Notes: generated by a model not told the origin, from the letters alone. Shown: positions 1 to 13,102, counted from the stretch's first letter. The stretch is 64,000 bases of DNA from Cyanophora paradoxa CCMP329 (GCA_004431415.1 QPMI01000612.1:62001-126000); one strand, 5' to 3'. Numbers and translations: made by a program.

Positions 1-2196
1 GCAGGCGTTCGCACGACGGGCCAGGACGTCCGCAGTCAGAATGGTGAGGTTGAGACCCCCTCTCGGCGTCCTTGTGGAAGACGCGGGAACGCCGCCGAGC
101 GCCCGCCGCCGGCTGACGCCGCATCGCAGTCACGGCCGCGGTCGCCGTAGCCAACATTGTGAAGAGCTCGCTGGGCCCTGTTGGCCTGGACAAGATGCTC
201 GTCGATGACATTGGAGATGTGACCATCACAAACGACGGCGCGACCATCCTGAAGCAGATCGAGGTGGAACATCCGGCGGCGAAGGTGCTGGTGGAGCTCT
301 CCAACCTGCAGGACCAGGAGGTTGGCGATGGCACGACTTCCGTCGTTATCATCGCCGCAGAGCTCCTCAAGGTGCGCTCCGCCGACGCGCAGCCGCTGCA
401 GCGGCTCTAATGACAAGCACGGACGCCGCATCTCACCGCTGCCTGCTTGCGCAGCGCGCCAACGAGCTCGTGAAGAACAAGATCCACCCGACGAGCATCA
501 TCTCTGGCTACCGGCTCGCGTCGAAGGAGGCATGCAAGTACATCCAGGATGTGCTCTGCGTGAAGTCGGAGAAGCTCGGTCGCGAGTGCTTGATCAACAT
601 CGCTAAGACCTCGATGTCCTCGAAGATCATCGGAGCGTGCGTTCCCGCTAGCCGCGCGTACGCTGCAGCGCGCTGACGCACGTCTCCGGTGTGCAGCGAC
701 AGCGAGTTCTTCTCGAACATGGTCGTGGACGCGATTACCAGCGTGAAGACGACGAACGAGAAGGGCGAGACCAAGTACCCTGTTAAGTCCATTAACATCC
801 TCAAGGCGCACGGCAAGAGCGCGCACGAGAGCTCGCTGGTCCCGGGCTTTGCCCTCAACTGCACGCGCGCGTCCGAGGGTGCGCCGCCGCCTTGCCCTCG
901 CGCACTCGCGACGCCGCTCAGACCCGCGCGCCAGCTATGCCCCGGCGGATCCAGAACGCGAAGATTGCGCTCCTGGATTACAACCTCAACAAGTTCCGGT
1001 TGCAGGCGCGTCGCTGTGCCGCCGCCGGCAGACCGCCGAGCGGGGCCTGCCGCTGACGACGCCGAGCGCGCAGATGGGAGTGCAGGTCCTGGTCGACGAC
1101 CCGCGCAAGCTGGAGGACATCCGCAAGCGGTGCGCCGCGCCGCGCACTGCGTCGCCGCCGCCGCCGCGCCCGGGCCGAGCCGGCGCCGCAGCGAGTCGGA
1201 CATCACAAAGGAGCGCATCGAGATGATCCTGAAGGCGGGCGCGAACGTGATCCTGACGACGAAGGGCATCGACGACCAGGCGCTGAAGTACTTCGTGGAG
1301 GCGAACGCGATCGCCGTGCGGCGGGTGAAGAAGGAGGACCTGCGGCGCATCGCCAAGGCGACGGGCGGGACGGTGCAGCTGACGCTGGCGAACCTCGAGG
1401 GGGAGGAGGCCTTCGACGCCTCGAGCCTCGGCTTCGCGGAGGAGGTCGTCCAGGAGCGCGTCGCCGACGACGAGCTCATCCTCATCCGCGGCACCAAGAC
1501 CGGCAAGGCCACCTCCATCCTCCTCCGCGGCGCCAACGACTACATGCTCGACGAGATGGAGCGGTCCGCCCCCCCCCTGCCCCGAGCTCGCTCTCCCGCC
1601 GACCCGGCCCCGCAGCTCCGTGCACGACTCGCTCTGCGCCGTCAAGCGCGTGCTCGAGTCGGGCGTGGTGGTCCCCGGCGGCGGCGCCGTCGAGACGGCC
1701 CTCTCCATCTACCTCGAGAACTTCGCGACGACCCTCGGCTCCCGCGAGCAGCTCGCCATCGCCGAGGCGCGCTCATCGCCCGCCCCGCCGGCCTCGTCCA
1801 ACTGTGCTTACGCGGCGCAGTTCGCGGAGGCGCTGCTGGTGATCCCGCGCACGCTGGCGGTGAACGCGGCGCAGGACGCGACAGAGCTCGTCGCCAAGCT
1901 CCGCGCCGTCCACAACTCCTCCCAGACCGACCCCTCCAAGAAGAACCTCATGCAGTGCGCCCCGCTACGCCACCCTCCACGCTCCGCGCTCACGTCTTCC
2001 GCGCAGCACGGGCCTCGACCTGCACAGCGGGAAGCTGCGCGAGAACCTCGCGGCGGGCGTGATCGAGCCCTCGATGGGCAAGGTGAAGTGCATACAGTTC
2101 GCGACCGAGGCGGCGATCACCATCCTGCGCATCGACGACCACATCAAGCTCAACCCGCCGCAACGCGGCGAGGAGGACGACGGGCACGGCCACTGA
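1..2196 (+). CDS. CCT1: T-complex protein 1 subunit alpha (CCT1), 5' end outside window, about 9 introns
   Basis: Spliced translation gives [57 protein letters not shown] and [14 protein letters not shown]. Stop TGA at 2194-2196. Confidence 0.96.
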
Positions 2197-2252
2197 GCAC
2201 AGGCGGCGCGCGCCCGGCCCCGCGGGACTGTAGCCAGATCGCGTCAAATGCA

Positions 2253-2902
2253 TTTTCAGACACGACCAACGACATCTGGACTAGCCCTAGTAGCTGTTTG
2301 GCTAGCAGTGGGCCGCCGGTCGAGTCCATGGGCTCAGACAGATAGGCAAGCGACGTCGAAAATCGAAATCGAATACCGAAGCTCGAGATCGAAACCCTAG
2401 GTCTACTTACCCTACGGGCTTAATGACCACACAATCGATTAAGATCATAGGATCAAAGGTGCGGGCCGTGCCCGGAGGCTCGCCCGTTCCCGCCACGGAC
2501 TGGCCCTAAGGGAGAGGAATGCTGCCCGAGGGGGCCGGAACCCCAACGAGCCCCGGACCGGGAGACCGGTACCGGGCCTCCCCCGCTCCCGAAGGTGCGT
2601 AAGGTGGAGCCGCATCGCGCCGCGTCGGATCGAAGCTGGGGTACTGGGGCCATCGCAATCCGTGCGGATCGCCTGCGCGACGCCGCGCGCGCGCGCAACT
2701 GTGAGCTTTCCTTTCGTCCAAACTTTCGTCCGTCAAACCTCAACTTTCGTCCAAACTTTCGTCCGTCAAACCTCAACTTTCGTCCAAACTTTCGTCCCGG
2801 AACGAGTCCGTCAAACCTCAACTTTCGTCCAAACTTTCGTCCGTCGTGCACGAGACGCTGCGCGGAAGGAATCAACGCTAAAGCGGCTCCCTCTCGCCAG
2901 GA
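2253..2902 (-). mobile_element. Dispersed non-autonomous retroposon-like element (family A) with 12-bp target-site duplication
   Basis: GCGTCAAATGCA flanks it at 2241-2252 and 2903-2914. The minus-strand end is ...GTGTCTGAAAA. 2253-2548 is homologous to the reverse complement of 43032-43343. Confidence 0.7.
2711..2845. repeat. Minisatellite built on AACTTTCGTCC (with CGTCAAACCTC spacers)
   Basis: Directly visible tandem repeats. The same core recurs at 59556-59696. Confidence 0.9.
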
Positions 2903-2916
2903 GCGTCAAATGCAGG

Positions 2917-2972
2917 ATACTGTAGGACGGCAATTGCTTTACACCACGGCAATTTAAGCCGTCCTACAGTAT
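2917..2972. repeat. Perfect 15-bp inverted repeat with 26-nt spacer (mini-MITE or hairpin)
   Basis: ATACTGTAGGACGGC (2917-2931) and GCCGTCCTACAGTAT (2958-2972). Confidence 0.8.
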
Positions 2973-3146
2973 TAGGGAGAATTATGATAGGGAAAATTAC
3001 AGGGAAGACTTGAGAATGGGATACCGGGCCGGATCTAGAGCGAAGACTTGAGAACGAAATTCGAGCTAAAGAGATCTACAAGACTCCCTGGATCGACTCG
3101 GCGATCGGAGAGCTCGAGGCCGAGTAGTACCACGTGCAAGCACAAC

Positions 3147-4195
3147 ATGGCGAGCGCGCGCGTGCACGTGTCGGCTGCAGCTGCTTCTTAAGCTTCTCTT
3201 TGCTGAGGTCATCACCGCGCGTGCAGGGCGACAAGGAGCGCGAAGTACACTCCACGTCGGCCGCCGACAGCGGCGAAGTGCCGGTGCGTTTTTCGCGGCG
3301 CACGCGCACCGCTTGAAGCTTAAAATCAGATCTAAATTAAAGTCGACGTCTCGAGCCCGCGCCGCGGCCGCCGCGGCCGCTCGCGACGATGATCCGATAT
3401 CGATGATCCGCAAATTTTGCGTCGATCATGATCATGACTCCGAAGATTGAAACAGCATTTGCGTTGATCCGCAAAATTTGCGTTCATCAGCCGCTGAGCA
3501 TGGCAGGGCAGATCTTGACGTCGACTGACAAATTTTCGCGCCGCAGGCGGAGCTGAGCAAGCGCCTCATCCACGAGCTCCAACATGTGCAGCGCGAGGGA
3601 TGGGTCTCCATCAAGCCGGGCCATGGCGACGAGGGCGTCGGGAGCCTCCGCGAGCTGGTCGCCAGTGCGCAAAACCCATGCGCACGGCGCAATTGCGACC
3701 CACGCGCTTTCGCAGCGCTTCAGGGCCCGGCGCTCTCGCCCTTCGTGGATGGCGTCTTCAAGCTTCGGATCTGCGTCCCTGAAGACTACCCCGAGGTACG
3801 GTCCAAAAAGGGGCCGCCGCGCCTATAGTACTCCTGATCCGATGATGATCCGATCTCGACCTAGATTTCCAATGATCGCGCGCCGGCGCCCGGCGGCCCC
3901 CGCCACTCATGCCATGATGCTCATGATCCCTTCGCAGTCGCCGCCGACGCTGCAGTTCGTGACCCCCATCTGGCACCCCAATATCACCCGGGAAGGCGTC
4001 GTGGACAAGCATGTGGTGGAGCCACTGCGGGCGTGGAGCCGCACGCGCGATCTGTCCGAGGCACTTTCGGAGACATACCAGCTTCTCCGCTTCCCCGACT
4101 TTGCGCACACGCCGGCCAACGTGGAGGCGGCCGACCGCGCGGCCTTCCAGGCCACGGCCCGCGAGTGGACCCTCAAGTACGCGAAAGAGGAGTAG
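3147..4195 (+). CDS. Ubiquitin-conjugating (E2)-fold protein lacking the catalytic Cys (UEV-like), paralog 1, 4 introns
   Basis: Spliced: MASARGDKERE...LQGPALSPFVDGVFKLRICVPEDYPESPPTLQFVTPIWHPNITREGVVDKHV...AREWTLKYAKEE*. Exon phases are consistent. Confidence 0.85.
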
Positions 4196-4254
4196 AGGAC
4201 TTGTAAATTAATGAGGCGAACGAGAAAAGAATCGCAGGGAGCGCTAGCGGGCCG

Positions 4255-7200
4255 CTAGGCGAGGCGGGCGGCGAGGGCGTCGCGCTCGGCCGTGACGGCC
4301 GCGAGCTGCTCCTCCAGGGCCTTCTTCTTCGCCTGCACCGAGGCCGCCGCCGCCTGCCCCCGCCCATCAGGCCCCCCGCGCAGCGAATAAGAGCAGCAGG
4401 GCAGGGACGGGGCACGGGCCTTGAATTTGGTGAGGAGCTCCTCCTTGTCCGCCTTGGCCGCCGCCAGCGCCGCCTCCAGCTCCGCCACGCGCGGATCGTC
4501 CACAGCGGGCGCCGCCGGGGCCGCCGCCGCTGCCGCCGCCGCCACGCGGGCCTCAGCCGCCTCGAGCTCTGCCTGAAGGCGAGCGACCTTCTCGAGGGCA
4601 GCCGCCGCCTGCGGGGCGCGGGCTCGGACACTGCTGGTCGGAACAGGGCGGGCGGGGAAGGCGAGCGCGCCTTGGCGGCCTCCGCGGCGTGGGAGTCGCG
4701 GAGGGCGTCCAGCTCGCAGCGCAGGCCGGCTGCCCGCGCCGCCGCCTCCTCCGCCCCCGCGCCCGCCGCCGCCGCCTTCTCCTCCGCCGCCCGCGCCCGC
4801 TCGCCGGCCTTGGGGGAGGTGAGTGAGCGGGGCGGCGGGGCGGGGGCGGGGCGAGAAGCGGCGCACGGCGGCGAGGGCGGCGCGGAGGGAGTCGGCCTCG
4901 GCGCGGACGGCCTCGGCCTCGGCGGCGGGGCCGGCGGCGCCAGCGCGGGCGGCGTCGAGCTCGGCCTGGAGGGCGGCCTGCGCGTCGGCGGCGGCCTGCA
5001 GGCGGGCCTTCATCGCGGCGGCCGCCTGCCTCAGCTTCTCCCCGAGGGCCTCCTTCTCCGCCTCCAGCGCCCCGGCGCGCGCCGCCTGCGCCTCGAGCGC
5101 CGCGCGCGCCTCCTCGAGCTGCCCGCGCGCCTCCGCCGCGCCCCGCGCCGCCTCGTCCGCCTCCGCCGCGTGCGCCGCCCGAAGCGCCGCCTCCTTCTCC
5201 AGCCCCGCCGCCTGCCGCGCGCCGCCGCCGCCGTCGGCGAGCGGACAGACGGGGGCGGGGGCGTGGGAGGGGCGGTGCGGACGCGCTGCTCGGCGGCGGA
5301 GAGGGCGGCGGCGAGGGAGCGGAGCTCGGCCTCGTGGGCGGCCCGCATGCCGCCGATCTGCTCGTAGAGCTCGGCGACCTTCGCGGCGCCCTCCGTCACC
5401 TGCGCAGACAGCGCCGCCCTCTCCGCCTCCAGCGCCGCCGCCCGCTCCGCCGCGTCGGCCGCCTCCCCGCCCCGGCCCGCCTCGCCGCCTCGAGCTCGGC
5501 CCGCAGCGAGTCGGCCTCGGCGCGGAGCGCGCCCGTCTCGGCGGCCGCCGCGGCGAGCTGCGCCTGCAGCCGCTCGGCCAGGCGCGCGCTCGCCTGCGCG
5601 ATCGCCTCGCCGCGCGCGTTGACCTGCGGGGCAGCCGGTCAGCGCCGGAGGGGCGGCGGGGGCGGGGCGGGGGAGGGGCGCGCGTGGGCGGAGAGCTCGC
5701 GGAGGGCCTCCTCGCGCGCCGCGAGGGCCGCCTCGAGCTCCGCCACGCGCCCGCCGGCGCCGCCCTCCCCGCCCGCTCCGCCTCCAGCCCCGCCACCTTC
5801 TCCGAGAGCTCCCCGAGGGCCCTCCGCAGCTCCTCCGCCTCCGCCTGCGCCCCCTGCAGCGCCCCCGCCGCCGCCTCCGCCTTCGCCTCCACCGCCGCCG
5901 CCTCCGCGCCCCGCGAAACCAGCGCGGCCTCGAGCAGCGCCACCTGGCCCCGCAGGCCCTCCGCCGCTGCGCACGCCTCCTCGCGCGCCGCCTCCGCCTG
6001 CGCGAGCTGCTCCGAGAGGCGGGCGAGCTCGGCGCCCTCGGCGCCGGCGGCCTCGCGGCTGGCGGCGGCCTCCTCCGCGCGCGCCTCCGCCGCCGCCTCG
6101 AGCGCCGCGACGCGCTCCCGCGCCTCCCCGAGCTGCGCCAGCGCCTCGCCCTGCCGCTTCCGCGCCGCCTCCGCCGCCTCCTCCAGCTCCGCCTTGTCCG
6201 CCTCGAGCTGCGCCACGAGCTCCGAGAGGCGCCCGAGCTCGGCCGACTCGGCGCCGGCCGCCTCGCGCGACGCCGCCTGCTCCTCCTCCCGCGCCTCCGC
6301 CACGGCCTCCAGCGCCGCAATGCGCTCTTGGGCCTGGCCGAAGCGCGCCGCCGCCTCGTGGGCCTGCCTCTTGAAGCCCTCGGCGGCCTCCTCGAGCTCG
6401 GTCTTGTCCATCTCGAGCTGCGCCACGAGCTCCGAGAGGCGCCCGACCTCGGCCGCCGCCTCCGCCCCGGAGGAGGCGCCGGCGCCCCGCTCCTCGAGGG
6501 CGGCCTCGAGCTGGGCGGCGCGCTCCTGGGCGGCGCCGAGGCGGGCGAGGAGGTCCGCGTGCTGCTCCTCGAGGGCGCGGGCGGCCGCCTCGGCCTGCCC
6601 GCGGGCCACCTCCGCGAGCGCCACGCGCTCCGTCAGCTGCGCCACCCGCTCCACGTCCTCCCCGGCCGCCCCCGACGCCCGCAGCTCCTCCAGCCTCTCC
6701 ACCGCCGCGTCCCTCTCCGCCGCCGCCGCCGCCGCGCGCGCCTCCGCCTCCTGCAGCTCCGCCGCCATCGCCTCCAACTGCACAGGCCGTCGGCGGGGCG
6801 CGCGGAAGGGCCCCGAGCAGCGCGCGCGCACCGCCGCCGTGTCGGCCGCGGGGGCCGGGGCGGGCTCGCCCCAACCCGACGCCTCCTCAACCTCCTTCTC
6901 CAGCTCGGCAACCTGCCGCGCGGCTCAGCGGCGCGGACGAGCCGGGCGGAGGCGCTGGGTGCGCCTTCTTCTCGGCAGCGGCGAGCTTCTTCTCGACCTC
7001 GGCTTTCGCCGCCTCCGCCTGCGCCAGACGGTCCGAGAGGCGCCCGAGCTCGGCCGACTCGGCGCCGGCCGCCTCGCGCGACGCCGCCTGCTCCTCCTCC
7101 CGCGCCTCCGCCACGGCCTCCAGCGCCGCAATGCGCTCTTGGGCCTGGCCGAAGCGCGCCGCCGCCTCGTGGGCCTGCCTCTTGAAGCCCTCGGCGGCCT

Positions 7201-10191
7201 CCTCGAGCTCGGTCTTGTCCATCTCGAGCTGCGCCACGAGCTCCGAGAGGCGCCCCACCTCGGCCGCCGCCTCCGCCCCGGAGGAGGCGCCGGCGCCCCG
7301 CTCCTCGAGGGCGGCCTCGAGCTGGGCGGCGCGCTCCTGGGCGGCGCCGAGGCGGGCGAGGAGGTCCGCGTGCTGCTCCTCGAGGGCGCGGGCGGCCGCC
7401 TCGGCCTGCCCGCGGGCCACCTCCGCGAGCGCCACGCGCTCCGTCAGCTGCGCCACCCGCTCCACGTCCTCCCGGCCGCCCCCGACGCCCGCAGCTCCTC
7501 CAGCCTCTCCACCGCCGCGTCCCTCTCCGCCGCCGCCGCCGCCGCGCGCGCCTCCGCCTCCTGCAGCTCCGCCGCCATCGCCTCCAACTGCACAGGCCGT
7601 CGGCGGGGCGCGCGGAAGGGCCCGAGCAGCGCGCGCGCACCGCCGCCGTGTCGGCCGCGGGGGCCGGGGCGGCCGTGGCGCGCGCGTGGTCGAGCTCCTG
7701 CTCGAGCTGCGCGGCCCGGTCGCTCGCGGCCTCGAGGCGCTCGAGAAGCGAGCGCTTGTCCGCCCCCGCCGCCTCCACCTCCTCCTCCAGCGCCCGCTTC
7801 TGGTCCTCTAGAAGTGCCACCTGTCGCCCCGCTCGCCCGGCGCGCGGAGGGAGTGCGGGCAGGCGCGCCTGCTCAGAGAGGCGGGCGAGTTCGGAGCCCT
7901 CGGCGCCGGTCTTCTCGGCGGCCGCCCGCACGGCCTCGTCGGCAACGATCAAGGCGGCCTCGACCTGCGCCGCCCGCTCCTCGGCCGCCCCGACCCGCGC
8001 CGCCGCCGCGCCGGCCTCCCGCTTTGCCTGCTCCGCCTCCTCCTCCGCCGCCCGCTTCTCCTCCTCGAGCCGCGCCACGAGCTCCGAGAGGCGGGCGAGC
8101 TCGGCGCCCTCGGCGCCGGCGGCCTCGCGGCTGGCGGCGGCCTCCTCCGCGCGCGCCTCCGCCGCCGCCTCGAGCGCCGCGACGCGCTCCCGCGCCTCCC
8201 CGAGCTGCGCCAGCGCCTCGCCCTGCCGCTTCCGCGCCGCCTCCTCCGCCTCCTCCAGCTCCGCCTTGTCCGCCTCGAGCTGCGCCACGAGCTCCGAGAG
8301 GCGCCCGAGCTCGGCCGACTCGGCGCCGGCCGCCTCGCGCGACGCCGCCTGCTCCTCCTCCCGCGCCTCCGCCACGGCCTCCAGCGCCGCAATGCGCTCT
8401 TGGGCCTGGCCGAAGCGCGCCGCCGCCTCGTGGGCCTGCCTCTTGAAGCCCTCGGCGGCCTCCTCGAGCTCGGTCTTGTCCATCTCGAGCTGCGCCACGA
8501 GCTCCGAGAGGCGCCCGACCTCGGCCGCCGCCTCCGCCCCGGAGGAGGCGCCGGCGCCCCGCTCCTCGAGGGCGGCCTCGAGCTGGGCGGCGCGCTCCTG
8601 GGCGGCGCCGAGGCGGGCGAGGAGGTCCGCGTGCTGCTCCTCGAGGGCGCGGGCGGCCGCCTCGGCCTGCCCGCGGGCCACCTCCGCGAGCGCCACGCGC
8701 TCCGTCAGCTGCGCCACGCGCTCCACGTCCTCCCCGGCCGCCCCCGACGCCCGCAGCTCCTCCAGCCTCTCCACCGCCGCGTCCCTCTCCGCCGCGACGG
8801 CCCGCACCTGCGCCGGCGGCGTCATGGTCGCCCCGGGGGCCGGGGCCGCGCTCGGGGCGCCTTGGCCTCGAACTTGGCGGTGAGGGAGTCGAGGAGGGGG
8901 TCGGGCGCCTGCTCCGCCGCCGCCTCGAGCCGCCCCTCCAGCTCCCGCACCCGCTCCCGCAGCGCCCCCGCCTCCGCCTTCAGCGCCTCCGCCGCCTCCT
9001 CCGCCCCGGCCGCCCCACCCGAGGCCGCCGCCCCCCGGCCGGCCTCCTCGAGCTGCCCGCCCAGCTCCTCCACCTGCGCCTGCAGCGATGCGGCCTGCTC
9101 GGGCGCGTGAGCCCCGGCGGGTCGCGACGCCATCCGGGCGCCGCGCGCACCTCGGCCGCCTTGGCCTCGGCCCTGGAGCGCTCCTGCGCGCCCCGGCCCT
9201 CCGCCTCGGCGAGCTTGACAGCCGTCCCGTCCAGCTCCGCGCGCAGCGCCGCGAGCTTCTTCTCGTGCTCCGCCGCTGCCGCCTGCTGCTCCGCCGCGCC
9301 CTGCGACGCCGCCTCCAGCTCCGCGGCCTGCGCGGGGGTGACCGGCGGTGCGGCGGCGCGGCGCGGCGCGAGGGGCGCACGCGCTGCTTGGCGGCGGCGG
9401 CGGCGGCGCGCTCGGCGTCGAGGGTGGCCTGGGTGTCGCGGAGGCGCGCCTGGAGCGCCGACATCGTCTCGGCGAAGGCGGCCGAGTCGGCCTCAGCCCT
9501 CTTCCGCGCCTCCTCGACCTCGGCGGCGGCGCCCCCGGTCGCCGACTCGAGCTCCTGCACCCGCTTCTCCAGCGCGTTCCTCTCCTCCTTCAGCCCCGTG
9601 AACTTCTGGGCGGCCACGCTCTTGAAGTGCTGCAGCTGCGCCTCCACGTCCGCCGCGCGCTTCTCCGCCTGCTCCAGCTTCGCCTGCAGCTCCGAGTCAC
9701 CGCCCGCTGCAAGGCTCGGAGGCGCGGCCGTCGCCGCTTTGGCGAGTTCCTCCCGTAACATCTTGATAATCTCGTCTTTCTGCTGGAGTTCGAACGCATG
9801 CTCTCGTTTGATCGCATCTAGAGGGTCTCCGCGCGACTGCGACGATATGGCAGCTGAGCCTCTTAGGCTGACGGGCGGGGCGGGAACGTCGCACGGCAGA
9901 TGCATCGACCGCGACGGCCGGTGACCCTGGCGGCAGCGCAGCTGGCGCTCTGCCATCCGGAGTGGCCTGACCTGCCGACTGCTGGCCGGCGATCTGTCGG
10001 AGGGACCGTCAGCACCGAAGCGGACGATGCAGGCCCATGAATGTTCAAGACAGTCGGAGTGCGCGCGGGCTCTCTAAACCAGAGCGATCGGACCGCATCT
10101 AGCACCGAGAACGGACCGCATTTTCGGCGTTCTGCGCGACTTGCACTGCGTGGGACACCGCGTTGGCCGCCTTGCTCAGGAGCCAGCTCAT
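4255..10191 (-). CDS. Large Ala/Glu-rich coiled-coil protein, golgin-like
   Basis: Starts MSWLLSKAANAVSHAVQ, resembling the MSW[FL] N-termini of golgin-84/TMF-type golgins. Long heptad-rich exons. Stop at 4255. Confidence 0.7.
6010..8795. repeat. Three near-identical intragenic duplications (about 6010-6860, 7032-7670, 8083-8795)
   Basis: Near-identical DNA encoding RDAAVERLEELRASG...GAESAELGRLS. Two copies include the same intron. Confidence 0.9.
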
Positions 10192-10326
10192 CTCGCTCGT
10201 ATCGCTTCCGTTAGCGCTCCACCGCCTTTCCTCGGCGGCTAACGCTCCAACGCCGCAGCTGGACGGACTCAGACACACGCTCCGGGGGGATACGGTGTTC
10301 ATCGGGTGAGGTTCGGTCGGGGCACG

Positions 10327-13102
10327 ATGGTGCTGCAACACCCCGTCTCTAACGAGTCAATCAACTGCGGTAGGCTCGGCCACGCGGCGCGCGGCGCGAT
10401 CGAATGCTCACCCCGGCGCGCTCGTCCCCACGCAGGCCTCGATATCAATGCCGTGCCGGACATATGCGCGGCCCTGTCGAGCGCGCGGGAACAGAATTTC
10501 GACTTCGTCTCGCTGCCCCTGGTCCATCCGCGCTACTACCGGGACCTGGCGGACTCGACGCACCGGAGACCCGAGCCGTTCACGCGCTCCGACCTGCTTC
10601 TGAACTCATCGCAATGGAGCCATTATGTCGTCGGAAAGGTCTCGGCTTGCCTGCAGTTCGACTCGCCTGTCGCAGCGACGCGCCGCAACGCTGAGCTGGT
10701 GCGTGCCCCACCGCCCGGCGAGCTCGCCACACCCCACGCGCGGCTCTCGTCGGTCTAGCTTAGCTCTCATCGGCGGGAGCTAACGCCGACTGCCCCGCCG
10801 CCCGCCCCCGGCCGCTCATCGCGATCGCCAGGCGCTGCGGCAAGAGCTCGCGTGGGCGACGCATCTGTCGCTTCCCGCCGTGCTGCTCCCGACGCCCTCG
10901 TTCCACTCGACCAACTTCGCGAAGACCACCAACCAGGCTCTGCTGGGTCAGCGCACGCGCACGGCGCCTGTGCGCGTCGGCGGAGCTGACGCGCCGTGCC
11001 CGCAGGCCTCAGCCACATGCAGGTCTGGGTGCGCATCCCGCTCGTCTCCCCGACGCGGATGGTCAATGCGTACGACGCCGATGAGGCGGTGAGCGCGCGC
11101 CCCGCTCGCCGCGCCCCGCCGTCGCGCTCACGCGGGCGGCTCTGCAGGGCGCGGCTGCGGGCGGCGAGGGCAGCAGCGGGGGCGCGGTTGGGCCGACCGG
11201 TGCGCGGAGCGGCGTGGTGCGCGCCGGCGTGCCGCTTACGCGAGGGGACGCGGCAGAGCGGGAGGATGATCCGTGGGAGTGGTGGAACGCCTTCAGGACC
11301 GCCTGCGAGCACAACCCGCTCCTCTCGCCCGGTGCGCCCCGCCGCGCGCTCCGGCCGCCCGAGCGCGCGCAGCTGAACGGCGCGGCAGCGCTGGAGGTCA
11401 CTGCGGAGCTCCCGCCCCGGGAGGAGCTCGCGCGCTGGCGCGGCGAGCCAGTCAAGGCGCGCCCCGCCCGCCCCCCGGGCCGGCGAGGCCGCTGAGGGGC
11501 GCGGCAGGCGCTGTTCGTGCCGACGTCGATCTTCCTGACGAACAAGCGCGGCTTCCCGACGCTCTCGAAGCGGCACCAGGACTTCATCTCCTCCTTCTTC
11601 AAGTACAAGGTCTCCGTCGTCGTCACCGGCAAGACCAAGCACCCGGAGGGCGTCCGCGCCTACCAGAACTACCTCTCCTACCTCCTCTCGCGGGCCCCCG
11701 CGCCGACGGAGCAGGAGCAGTTCGAGGGCCCGTACCTGGACTACCTGCAGGCGCCGCTGCAGCCGCTGCAGGACAACCTGGAGTCGCAGACGTATGAGAC
11801 GTTCGAGAAGGACCCGATCAAGTACGTCCGCTACGAGCAGGCCGTCGAGGCCGCCCTCCGCGACCGCGCCGCACCGGGCTCCGGTCCGCCCCGCCCCGCC
11901 CTCCCCGCCCCGCCCCGCCCCGCCGCCCCTCGCCCGACCCGCCCGCGCCCCTGCCGCGCAGTCACGGTGCTCATGGTTGTCGGCGCCGGCCGCGGGCCCC
12001 TCGTCCGCGCCTCCCTCCGCGCCTCCAAGGCATCCCCTCGCCCCCCGGCCCCCGCCGCGACACGCCCCGCGGCCTGACGCCGCCGCGGCAGAGCGCGAAC
12101 CGGAAGCTGCGCGTGTACGCCGTCGAGAAGAACCCCAACGCCGTCGTCACGTGCGCGGGGGACGGGGGGAGGAGGCGGGGTGATGGGGTGAGGAGGGGGC
12201 GGGGCGGGGCAGGCTGCAGAACGCGAAGGAGACGGAGGGGTGGGAGGAGGTGGAGGTGGTGGCGTCGGACATGCGGGACTGGGAGGCGCCCGTCAAGGCG
12301 GACATCGTCGTCTCCGAGCTGCTCGGCTCCTGGGGCGACAACGAGCTCTCCCCGGAGTGCCTCGACGGCATCACCCGCCACATGAAGGGTGCCCCCGCCC
12401 CGCCCCCCGCCCCTCCCCCCCCGCCCCGCCCCCCGCCCCCCCCCCCCCCGCCCCCCGCCCCGCCCCGCCGCCTCGTCGCGCGCTGACGGGGGCGGGCAGA
12501 GGACGGGATCTCGATCCCGTGCGAGTACACGAGCTTCGCGGCGCCGCTCTCCTCCTCGAAGCTCTTCAACGAGGTCAAGGCGTACAACGACCTCCAGCAC
12601 TTCGAGACGCCCTACGTCGTCAAGATCCACAACGCCCACCAGCTCGCCGAGGCCCAGCCCGTCTTCGTCTTCCACCACCCGAACCGCTGCGAGCCGCAGC
12701 CGCCGGACAACTCGCGCTACGCGTGCCTCTCGTTCACCACGGCGGACGCGGCGACGATGCACGGCTTCGTCGGCTACTTCCACGCCAAGCTCTACGGCGA
12801 CGTCTACATCAGCATCGAGCCGCGCACCTTCTCGGAGGGCATGTTCTCCTGGTTCCCCCTCTTCATCCCCCTCCGCAACCCCGTCTACGTCCCCAAGGGC
12901 GCCCGCATCACCGCCCACTTCTGGCGCAACAACTCCCGCCAGAAGGCGCCCCCGCCTCCCCGTCCTTCCTTGCCGGCCCCCGCCCCGCGTCCCGCTGACC
13001 ACCGCCGCGCCCCCGTAGGTCTGGTACGAGTGGGCCGTGACAGAGCCCGTGCACAGCCCCGTGCACAACCCCAACGGCCGCTCCTACTGGATCGGCCTCT
13101 AG
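10327..13102 (+). CDS. PRMT5: Protein arginine N-methyltransferase 5
   Basis: [90 protein letters not shown]. Confidence 0.96.

Noticed and set aside
2711-2845. CRISPR-like or hammerhead-like (GGACGAAA) appearance of the repeats
   Set aside because: No unique spacers or cas genes, the context is eukaryotic, and there is no CTGANGA core with matching stems.
4672-9924. Very long + strand ORFs (for example 4823-8446, 1207 aa)
   Set aside because: Antisense shadows of the GC-rich coiled-coil gene. Stop codons are rare at this GC content.
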